Shown here in pieces: positions 22,050 to 32,121 of a stretch of 46,432 nt of DNA. The first letter of the stretch is position 1; each line of letters starts with the position of its first letter. The notes beneath the pieces were generated by a model. The model was not told the DNA's origin and did no database searches. It saw nothing but the letters and a program-made list of their open reading frames with translations. Source of the stretch: Nemertoderma westbladi (lineage: Eukaryota > Animalia > Xenacoelomorpha); the NCBI GenBank assembly GCA_032718475.1, contig JAUCBJ010007814.1, positions 1 through 46,432 on the forward strand, in the 5' to 3' direction. The translations under genes and the position numbers were made by a program.

Positions 22050-23651
22050 ATGACAGACATTAATCGTACGAACTTTGATGTCAAATTCAAAGAAATCGAT
22101 TCGGTATTACGTTCCGCCAAGATTGTCGCCATCGATTGCGAGTTTACCGGGTTGAAGGTGGACGATGACGGCGGCTACTCTACGAGTTTATTCGACTCTC
22201 CGAGTGCGCGGTACACTAAACTCCGCGCGTGCGCTCAGGCCTTCTCTCTGTGCCAGATAGGTATTACCGCCTTCACCAAACACCCCAGCGACAACGTGTA
22301 CTCGGCACACAGCTTCTCATTCAACCTGTTCCCCCAGCAGATCGGGTCTGTAGACAATCGTTTCCTATGCCAATCATCTTCCCTCGAGTTCTTGGCTCGA
22401 CATAAGTTCGACTACAACGCCTTCGTTAATTCCGGACTTCCTTACCTTAACCACGAGCAGGAGAAGGAACTAACACGGCAGTGGGAAGCAGGAATCTTCA
22501 GGAACAACAGGTTAGACAAATTCAAAGGTAGCGATCCAGATTTCGAGCGATGTGAGAAGGAAATCTCGCGGCTCGTAAAAACACTAGGAGGTGGGGAGTC
22601 ATGCGAAGTGCGTGGGAGATGGGGGCTGGATAATTTGGTGTTCCAAAGGGAAATAATAAAACGATTCAAAGCTTTAAAAACAAAGGCGGAAGGCGAATCA
22701 ATTCGAATAACTAAAATTCCAGCGGCGCTTCGTAGAAAGGTAGACACGTCGAAGGAACTTAATGCGTTGGACCGGGAGATGATAACCTACGCGACGGGGT
22801 TCAGGAAGGTATTCGACGTTATAGTTGACACCAAGGTGCCCATCGTGGGACACAATATGCTGTTCGATCTGGTATTTATTCACGAAAAGTTGTATAAAAC
22901 TTTGCCAGCAAAGTACGCCGAGTTTAAGAGAAACATCCACCAAATCTTCCCGATTGTTTGGGATACTAAACATTTAGTGGTACACGTCGGCCGCATCCCT
23001 AAGATCCGGCAGTCGTCTCTGTGCCAGGATTCCAACCTGGTCTCCCTCCATGACGACCTGTCCTCCAACCGGGGTCGTTACCTCGCTCTAGCGCCTCCTG
23101 CCGTCACCTTGCCGAACTCTTCCGAGGACCTCCTCCACTTACACAACGCGGCGTACGATTCCTACCTCTCGGGGTTCTGTTTCCTCCGGATGGCCCATCT
23201 GCTGTTCGCCGAGGACCGAGACCCCCTGACCCATCGGGTAGACGTCGACCACTACCTGCGGGTGAGCGGCCCCTACGCGAACCGAGTGAACGTGGCCAGG
23301 GCAACCGTGCCCTTTATAGACTTGGCGGGGGAGGACCCGCCCAGCAGGAGACCTAAATGGATTAGCATACGGGTTGCGGACCTAACCCAGGACCAGTTGG
23401 CCAGTAGAATGGCCCCGTACGCGTCCATGGATATAAAGCGGTTAGCCGATAACCGCTACGTCGCCGCAGTTAGCGACTTTAGGAGTCTAGAAGCCGTCGT
23501 TAAGGCCTTTAGTTCAGACGACTCTATTCACATAACTAAATACAACCAATGGAAACATTCCACGTCTGTTAGTTGTCTCGTGTTTGTCAGCGGAATTGTC
23601 GCTCTATCTTCGGCGCTTTGGTTCTTTTGTCCTTCCGTGTTGTCTAGGTAA
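22050..23651 (+). CDS. PNLDC1: PARN-family (CAF1/DEDD) 3'-5' exoribonuclease with C-terminal transmembrane segment; PNLDC1/Trimmer-like pre-piRNA trimming nuclease, single coding exon
   Basis: DEDD motifs AIDCEFTG, GHNMLFDL, WDTK and HNAAYDSY; PARN-type F.CQSSS.EFL....FD.N.....G.PYL; RRM-like region; hydrophobic tail VSCLVFVSGIVALSSALWFF, which is typical of PNLDC1 rather than PARN. Confidence 0.85.
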   Translation: MTDINRTNFDVKFKEIDSVLRSAKIVAIDCEFTGLKVDDDGGYSTSLFDSPSARYTKLRACAQAFSLCQIGITAFTKHPSDNVYSAHSFSFNLFPQQIGSVDNRFLCQSSSLEFLARHKFDYNAFVNSGLPYLNHEQEKELTRQWEAGIFRNNRLDKFKGSDPDFERCEKEISRLVKTLGGGESCEVRGRWGLDNLVFQREIIKRFKALKTKAEGESIRITKIPAALRRKVDTSKELNALDREMITYATGFRKVFDVIVDTKVPIVGHNMLFDLVFIHEKLYKTLPAKYAEFKRNIHQIFPIVWDTKHLVVHVGRIPKIRQSSLCQDSNLVSLHDDLSSNRGRYLALAPPAVTLPNSSEDLLHLHNAAYDSYLSGFCFLRMAHLLFAEDRDPLTHRVDVDHYLRVSGPYANRVNVARATVPFIDLAGEDPPSRRPKWISIRVADLTQDQLASRMAPYASMDIKRLADNRYVAAVSDFRSLEAVVKAFSSDDSIHITKYNQWKHSTSVSCLVFVSGIVALSSALWFFCPSVLSR

Positions 23652-24446
23652 CACACCGCCATATAACTGTAAACTGACCCCGAAGTCTAACCTAAAAGTC
23701 ATTGAACCACTAGGAGAACATTATTGAATTGAGAAATTTTGATTTTAAATTTCAAAATAGTCAAGTAGTGAGAGTTTAATAGTGCGGTGGTAGGGGAGTA
23801 GCTACCGGCTACCGCCTACTGGCTACCGGCGCGCAAAACTAAAGACACAACAATAACAAAAATCCCATCGACTTTATGTATCGACTTTTAGGGTTTGTTT
23901 TGAGTGATTTTTCTTCCGAGTCCAATTAATCATTCCCGATTGACTAGTATTGGGGTAGAGAACCGGGTAATCCGAGGACCGGGACCGGACCAGGTTTTAG
24001 GGAGGGAGGGGGGGGGGGGGGTGGGTTAAATCCACTCGTTTAATTAAGAAGTTGTGCTAATAAACTTACTATATTGTAAGAGCCAAATTATAATAAAACT
24101 GATCGATTAAATGATCAGATAAATTTTCGTTGCTCTGGAAACTAAATTGGTAAGATGGTAACTACGTAGAAGTGCAATGGTTCCGTCTTTCGATAGTCAT
24201 TGTGGGACTAAAGTTTGTTTTCATAAAATTTCGGTAAAATCACACCAAGTTCGCGAAGGAAAGTGTTAATATGGTCGGATTTTCTGTAGATGGGATTTTT
24301 CTCATCTATCCTAAAGTATTTACAAAAAAGATTAGCACGATTCGATTGTCACAATTTTACCTTTTCGTCACTAACACTACTAGTTGATAAAACTTGTGGG
24401 TTAAGTTTAATAAATTGGCAATATTATTTGTTTCTATGTTTGTTAA

Positions 24447-25483
24447 CCCTTAAACTGGTGACGATTTTTCTAAAACGCCATCTCCACTTGGTGAAAACTC
24501 AAACATGAGTTTTGCGATTGTTCTACTTGGTGGGAAGCATTGACTTATATGTCGACGACAATAGGCCCATTGTATTGGGCTGTTGATAAGCTTTACAACA
24601 GTAGTTGAATCGGCGCCAGACGATCACTACATGCTAAACTACACGGTAGTAAAGTGTGGGAAAATTGTAAAATTTCAACTAATGGCCGTTTCATTATTAT
24701 AAGTCACAGAAACAAACTGTATGCACCAGGTTGAAGGTGAGATTCTCTTCTTTCAGGTGATATATATAACTTCTTCTGAAGTTAACAATTACGCTAATTT
24801 CTATCGCTAATTTAATGTTTTGAACTAATTCGCAGTTATTTTTATTTATTTCATTATTACTTTCAGACTCCAGGAGTTGGAAGATTCAATGCACGAGCGA
24901 AGCGATTGCTCAGATTCCAACGTGTGCGAAACTCAATACACGAAAGCAGAATATATAATTTCGGTCTTCTGAAACTGATGACAAGGCTGATTTACTTCTG
25001 ATTTACTCTTATCGGGTCTATTAGGCGTAGATACATATTAATTTGAAAAATCTATGAAATATGTTAATATTAATTATAATATACTTGTATACTAGATAAA
25101 CAACTTATACTTATTGTATCTGCCACTTCCAGAAAGTCAGGAATAATTTTCATTTTCATGTATTCCAAACTGATATAATTTCGCATTCAATTCATAACTT
25201 TACATAACAGAATGTTTAAACTCTATCAAGTAGAAGAAAAACTCTCACCAAGGAGGAATAGCAGAAAAATATAATCTCTACCAAGTCGCCATTGCTCATA
25301 AACTCATATGAGTTTCCACCAAGTTAAACACTTCTTAAAAAAAAAACCACCAAGTGGCAATAGTCAGGCGAGAACTCATATTTGAGTTTTCACCAAGTCA
25401 GACACATCCATTAAAAAAATCCTCACCAAGTGGAATTGGAACTGCCAAAACTCATATTATATGAGTTTTCACCAGTTTAAGGG
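24447..25483. mobile_element. Non-autonomous piggyBac-type MITE
   Basis: Perfect 15-bp TIR CCCTTAAACTGGTGA / TCACCAGTTTAAGGG flanked by TTAA TSD (24443-46 and 25484-87); subterminal CTTGGTG/CACCAAG and AAACTCA..TGAGTTT motifs. Confidence 0.93.
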
Positions 25484-25849
25484 TTAAACAGCTATTTCTG
25501 TTTCGCCATGTTTTCAACGACTCATCGCATATTATGCAATGCAATATAAATGAGATCCAGGATATTTACTATACGTTTCTAGAAAATGATTAATTATAAT
25601 TAATTAATCTCATTTGTTTACTTATTTATTTATTTTCTTTTTTCTTATGAGAACGATAATAATAATAATAATACAAAATGAACAAGAATTCAGCAATCGT
25701 TATTGCAATTATTATTAGTGCTTATTATTATTAGTGCTTATTATTAGTGCTTATTATTATTAGTGGTTATTATTTTAGGTTTATATATTATGTTTCCAAT
25801 TTAATTAGACGTTTTAATAAATTATCGTTTAAGCCCAGAGCATGATTTT

Positions 25850-26064
25850 TCATATCTTGATACCAACAGAGGTCATACCAGATCTACTTTTCTGGCAACC
25901 AACTCATGGAAAGCGTAGTCGTGGACGACCAGCCATAACATATATAGATCAACTTGAAAGGGATACTGAACTTGGGAGAAACGAAATTGCGACAACTAGG
26001 AGAATCGGGAAGCCTGGAAGGATCTCATTTCCACTGTCCGAGTTCGCTCGACCTAGTAGTAGTA
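25850..26064 (+). mobile_element. 3'-terminal fragment of an RTE LINE
   Basis: LLFWQPTHGKRSRGRPAITYIDQL is the RTE C-terminal signature; (TAG)n tail. Confidence 0.8.
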
Positions 26065-26310
26065 AAGTTAGGCAGTACTCAGTAGCCTGAAGTTAGGCAG
26101 TACTCAGTAGCCTGAAGTTAGGCAGTACTCAGTAGCTCAAAGTTAGGTAGTACTCAGTAGCCTGAAGTTAGGCAGTACTCAGTAGCTCAAAGTTAGGCAG
26201 TACTCAGTAGCCTGAAGTTAGGCAGTACTCAGTAGCTCAAAGTTAGGCAATACTCAGTAGCCTGAAGTTATGCAGTACTCAGTGTAGCTCAAAGTTAGGC
26301 AGTACTCAGT
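26065..26310. repeat. 25-bp tandem repeat (AAGTTAGGCAGTACTCAGTAGCCTG/..GCTCA), about 10 copies
   Basis: Period 25 with two mostly alternating variants. Confidence 0.93.
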
Positions 26311-27826
26311 AAACTAAGATTTTAAGACTGGTTTTATTTAGACTTAAACTTTTATTCAATTAAACTTACCATTTTTTTTCTTTTCAAAATAGCTGGTTAA
26401 AATTATATAAATTGGGAGTTGAGCTGTTAATGCAACTAAACTGAAAACTTTTTTTTCTAATAATCTGTCCCCTTTTATCATAGGTATACACGTTCATGGG
26501 GCCTTCGCGCAGGACGAGGCCCAGTTATGAGATACAAATTAAAATTGAGCGACTGTATCACAAAATCAGTATTTGAGAAATTTAACCATACCGACAATCA
26601 ATCAAAGAAAGGGGGACAGTACGTGTTCAGCCCTTTTAATTGCACCCCCCCCCCCCCCCCCCCCCCCCCTTCCTACCAACAAATACATAACCGCGACATC
26701 TACCATCCAAGGGGCGGAAGGGTAGCACAAACTCATTTCCAATCACACGTTCAATATTCGAAGGCATGTGGTTTATAGGAAATATCGAGAATTCGAGAAT
26801 ACGAGAAACTCGATCGAAATACCTGCTCATCCCAGTATCCGTCCGTAGTCACCGGACAGCTGCGGTTTATTCCCGTAGAACAGTAGAATTCCCGCAGCTT
26901 CCGACCCAATTCGACAACGATTTAGCCTCACACTTTCGCGTGGCAGAGAACGTAATCCGGTGCGATACACGTCTGCCCGACTTTCAACAATTTCCCCCAG
27001 GCGATCCCAGGATCCGGCTGTCCGGGCCGCCGCTAAACCCAAATCACAATCCTCGTCGATTCGTCCAGTCGTCGACGTAAGTCGGACTCTTCCCACCGCA
27101 CTCCAAGGTGGGTGGCCTGAGTGAGGCATGAGGAACTTGGCAGTGGCCCGCATTACGATCCAACCAACCGCCGTATTCCCAGTGTAGTAAATATAATCTT
27201 ACTGACAAGCAAGCAATTCCGTAGTATTTATTCCTCAGTTAATCGCATCTTGATGCCACTCAGCTGCTCGGGTCCAGATACATCGGACTGTCGGAAGCGT
27301 TTCAAACAGTAAAGGAGCGGCATTTGCAGATATTTCCAATGGTTTTGCCAACGACCAACGACCTGAAGACGGTACCGGTAACTCTGTACCACTGTAACAG
27401 TAGGCCTGGTACCGTACTGTATTCCTTTAGTCTCCTAGCAACCAGCTGATGCCAAGCCTAATAATTTTTGGGTAGATTAATTTATTGTAACTGTAAGACA
27501 GTTACACAGATGCTGCACGAAGACCCCACGCAAATTCAACTTGGAAAATTTCTAAACTTTTGCCAGACTACATATGTACCAAGTTTGGATATATTTTATC
27601 GAGATTTGGCTGAGTTATTAACGTTTAAAATTGGACACAACAGATCGAGAGAACAACAGATCAACAGAACAACAGACACACCGATTGAGTTAGTGGTACC
27701 TGTATGCTAAGCTCGCTTACTTTCGTCGCTCGCCCCACAAAACTTCCTATATTATGGTGACTGTTTATAAAGACATAAATTATATAAAAGGGGTTAAATT
27801 TTCATGGCAATTGGGTTTATAGATGT

Positions 27827-30220
27827 GGAGAAACGTGTACCTAAGTAAACTTCGAATCGCGATATCTCTAACGGAGAAACGTGTACCTAAGTAAACTATG
27901 AGTCGCGATATCTCTAACGGAGAAACGTGTACCTAAGTAAACTACGAGTCGCGATATCTCTAACGGAGAAACGTGTACCTAAGTAAACTACGAGTCGCGA
28001 TATCTCTAACAGAGAAACGTGTACCTAAGTAAACTACGAGTCGCGATATCTCTAACGGAGAAACGTGTACCTAAGTAAACTTCGAATCGCGATATCTCTA
28101 ACGGAGAAACGTGTACCTAAGTAAACTATGAGTTGCGATATCTATAACGGAGAAACGTGTACCTAAGTAAACTATGAGTTGCGATATCTATAACGGAGAA
28201 ACGTGTACCTAAGTAAACTACGAGTCGCGATATCTCTAACGGAGAAACGTGTACATAAGTAAACTATGAGTCGCGATATCTCTAACAGAGAAACGTGTAC
28301 CTAAGTAAACTACGAGTCGCGATATCTCTAACAGAGAAACGTGTACCTAAGTAAACTTCGAATCGCGATATCTCTAACGGAGAAACGTGTACCTAAGTAA
28401 ACTATGAGTTGCGATATCTATAACAGAGAAACGTGTACCTAAGTAAACTACGAGTCGCGATATCTCTAACGGAGAAACGTGTATCTAAGTAAACTATGAG
28501 TCGCGATATCTCTAACGGTGAAACGTGTACCTAAGTAAACTACGAGTCGCGATATCTCTAACGGAGAAACGTGTACCTAAGTAAACTCTGAGTCGTGATA
28601 TCTCTAACGGAGAAACGTATACCTAAGTAAACTCAGAGTCGCGATATCTCTACCGGAGAAACGTGTACCTAAGTAAACTACGAGTCGCGATATCTCTACC
28701 GGAGAAACGTGTACCTAAGTAAACTACGAGTCGCGATATCTCTAACAGAGAAACATGTACCTAAGTAAACTACGAGTCGCCATATCTCTAACGGAGAAAG
28801 GTGTACCTAAGTAAACTACGAGTCGCGATATCTCTAACAGAGAAACGTGTACCTAAGTAAACTCTGAGTCGTGATATCTCTAACAGAGAAACGTGTACCT
28901 AAGTAAACTACAAGTCGCGATATCTCTAACAGAGAAACGTGTACCTAAGTAAACTACGAGTCGCCATATCTCTAAGGGAGAAACGTGTACCTAAGTAAAC
29001 TACGAGTCGCGATATCTCTAACAGAGAAACGTGTACCTAAGTAAACTACGAGTCGCCATATCTCTAACGGAGAAACGTGTACCTAAGTAAACTACGAGTC
29101 GCGATATCTCTAACAGAGAAACGTGTACCTAAGTAAACTACGAGTCGCCATATCTCTAACGGAGAAACGTGTACCTAAGTAAACTACGAGTCGCGATATC
29201 TCTAACAGAGAAACGTGTACCTAAGTAAACTACGAGTCGCGATATCTCTAACAGAGAAACGTGTACCTAAGTAAACTACGAGTCGCCATATCTCTAACGG
29301 AGAAACGTGTACCTAAGTAAACTACGAGTCGCCATATCTCTAAGGGAGAAACGTGTACCTAAGTAAACTACGAGTCGCGATATCTCTAACAGAGAAACGT
29401 GTACCTAAGTAAACTACGAGTCGCCATATCTCTAACGGAGAAACGTGTACCTAAGTAAACTACGAGTCGCCATATCTCTAAGGGAGAAACGTGTACCTAA
29501 GTAAACTACGAGTCGCGATATCTCTAACAGAGAAACGTGTACCTAAGTAAACTACGAGTCGCCATATCTCTAACGGAGAAACGTGTACCTAAGTAAACTA
29601 CGAGTCGCGATATCTCTAACAGAGAAACGTGTACCTAAGTAAACTACAAGTCGCGATATCTCTAACAGAGAAACGTGTACCTAAGTAAACTACGAGTCGC
29701 CATATCTCTAAGGGAGAAACGTGTACCTAAGTAAACTACGAGTCGCGATATCTCTAACAGAGAAACGTGTACCTAAGTAAACTACGAGTCGCCATATCTC
29801 TAACGGAGAAACGTGTACCTAAGTAAACTACGAGTCGCGATATCTCTAACAGAGAAACGTGTACCTAAGTAAACTACGAGTCGCCATATCTCTAACGGAG
29901 AAACGTGTACCTAAGTAAACTACGAGTCGCGATATCTCTAACAGAGAAACGTGTACCTAAGTAAACTACGAGTCGCGATATCTCTAACAGAGAAACGTGT
30001 ACCTAAGTAAACTACGAGTCGCCATATCTCTAACGGAGAAACGTGTACCTAAGTAAACTACGAGTCGCGATATCTCTAACAGAGAAACGTGTACCTAAGT
30101 AAACTACGAGTCGCCATATCTCTAACGGAGAAACGTGTACCTAAGTAAACTACGAGTCGCGATATCTCTAACAGAGAAACATGTACCTAAGTAAACTCCG
30201 AGTCGCGATATCTCTAACGG
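27827..30220. repeat. 46-bp tandem satellite (GGAGAAACGTGTACCTAAGTAAACTACGAGTCGCGATATCTCTAAC), about 52 copies
   Basis: Period 46 (27827 to 27873); no spacers. Confidence 0.97.
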
Positions 30221-30935
30221 TGTAAATGAGGACACAATTTCACAACCGCCAAGTTATGAAGGGAATGAATTATTGAAGTCACAGGATATGGATTTATGGA
30301 ATCTACATAAAATTCTGCTCTAGATGGGTAAATCGTAAAACAAATTGAGGAAAACAAATTATTGATTTTTGAAATCTACGTCAAATTTTGTATCAGTTTG
30401 GATGCGTTCTAAAAAAATATAATATTTTCAAATTTTTGATGTTGGACCACCTTAATTAATAATGCCTTACAACAGAACAAGTGGTTGTCTCTGATTGGCC
30501 GAGCGGATTATTAATTTAATATTCGCCAAAATCAATTACAGAATACCGCCATTCTAAGTATTCCCTGTATTTTATTAGTTAAAGTTTGTGTCTCACGCTA
30601 AATATAGAATTCCACTACGCGTGCGATAACAAATAAATCACACTGGTTTTAATAATAATATGCAGGTCCCATTATTTTTAAGGGGGGGGGGGGGGGGGGG
30701 GGGTATAAAATTCATAACTCATATGACATTTAGTTTTTAATCACTCCGGTTCAATTAAACTGCTTAAACTCTATGTTAACCTACAGTAACTAACTAATTA
30801 ATTTTGAATATGATAGAATATAAAATGGTAATTACAATTAACAGTAAATTAAGATACCGGTAACCGTGTACTGAACAACCGTGTACTGTGGACTGTACCG
30901 TACTGCAGTAAAGCAGTAATACAATTCAGTAATAA

Positions 30936-32066
30936 ATGACCTCCCACGGGACCGGTGATACCGGTGGCGCCGTGAGGGGAAACTCGATAACAAACTGTGG
31001 TATCGCTGTAAGTGACTGTGGCTTAATAGTAAATGAGCTGCTATGTTTTATGTGCAATAAGATTGATATACTACCATCGGCCGTTTTGATTCAGGTATGC
31101 ACTACAACCTACTCTGACGATGAAGTCGAGAAATCGAAGAAACTCTTGTACGATTACTGTTCTACAGAAACTTCATCTCGATACATTAAGAGGCAAGGTA
31201 ATAACAAGCGAAATGCAAATCTTGAAGATATGCTTAAGCTGATACAGGAATGTGGGGAGGATATTCCATCGTTTGTGGCTTTGGATCTGAGTAAACTACC
31301 ACCGATAACCTATGACAGTATCGATGTGACTGCGTTGTACTCGGCTGCTAAACAGAATAGCGACGATGTTAAGGTTCTGTGCAGCACAATGTCACTGCAA
31401 GCGCGATCCGTTGATTCGTTGACGGAATTGGTTAAGAATTTATCCGAGGCTGTCAATGTAAACGCATCGGAAACGTCAAATATTAGAAATAATAGCTGTG
31501 TACAGCCTTCTGCGGTACCGGTACCTACCCGTAACGATGGAGGGTCAACTGCGAATCATGACGTAGACTCTCCGTGGACCACGCGAGTGCGAAGAGGAGG
31601 TCACGTGCGCGACGTACCTGCTGGTAATTTGCAATTTACATCACGTCCTGCCTACCGCCAGCCACCCACTGAGCCGGAGATCCGTGGTGGAAGCAGGCAA
31701 GGGGGCAGGCAGCGGCGCCCAGTAGTTGTGGGAAGTGGCACAGTAGTAGATGGCGAGGGGTTTTCTATCGGCACCGTGTCAACGAGAATCCAGCGAGCAT
31801 TTGCTACTCGTTTCCCACCCGATCTGGACCCAAAATGCCTTGAGCGTTTTCTCCTTAAGAAGCTGAATTTAACGGAAGGATTAACAGTCGAGATGCTGAA
31901 GACTCGTTACGATACGTATAGTTCGGTCAAGGTTGAGTTGCTGAGTTCGGAGCCTCAGGTTCTCATGAATCCTGAGATCTGGCCGAGCGGAGCTCTGGTT
32001 AAGGAGTTCGTCGGAGGAAACCGACGTCGCCCCGCTGCTGTAGATCCTGAAGTTCTCAAGGTCTGA
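30936..32066 (+). CDS. LINE ORF1 protein
   Basis: IVNELLCF...EVEKSKKLL N-terminus, P.FVA.DL.KLPP, a coiled coil and a C-terminal RRM-like F.TRF...YSS.KV...PEIWP.G.LV..F; lies directly upstream of APE-RT. Confidence 0.85.
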   Translation: MTSHGTGDTGGAVRGNSITNCGIAVSDCGLIVNELLCFMCNKIDILPSAVLIQVCTTTYSDDEVEKSKKLLYDYCSTETSSRYIKRQGNNKRNANLEDMLKLIQECGEDIPSFVALDLSKLPPITYDSIDVTALYSAAKQNSDDVKVLCSTMSLQARSVDSLTELVKNLSEAVNVNASETSNIRNNSCVQPSAVPVPTRNDGGSTANHDVDSPWTTRVRRGGHVRDVPAGNLQFTSRPAYRQPPTEPEIRGGSRQGGRQRRPVVVGSGTVVDGEGFSIGTVSTRIQRAFATRFPPDLDPKCLERFLLKKLNLTEGLTVEMLKTRYDTYSSVKVELLSSEPQVLMNPEIWPSGALVKEFVGGNRRRPAAVDPEVLKV

Positions 32067-32121
32067 AACTGAAAGTCTCGGTGATAAGCCTATAAGTTGA
32101 GTTTTTGAAGGTTTTTTTAGT

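Noticed and set aside
27570-27740. Possible Helentron-associated or MITE remnant (similar motif at about 38150-38190)
   Set aside because: Only vague motif resemblance; no termini or TSD could be defined.
27827-30220. CRISPR array (46-bp repeat)
   Set aside because: It is a contiguous satellite without spacers.
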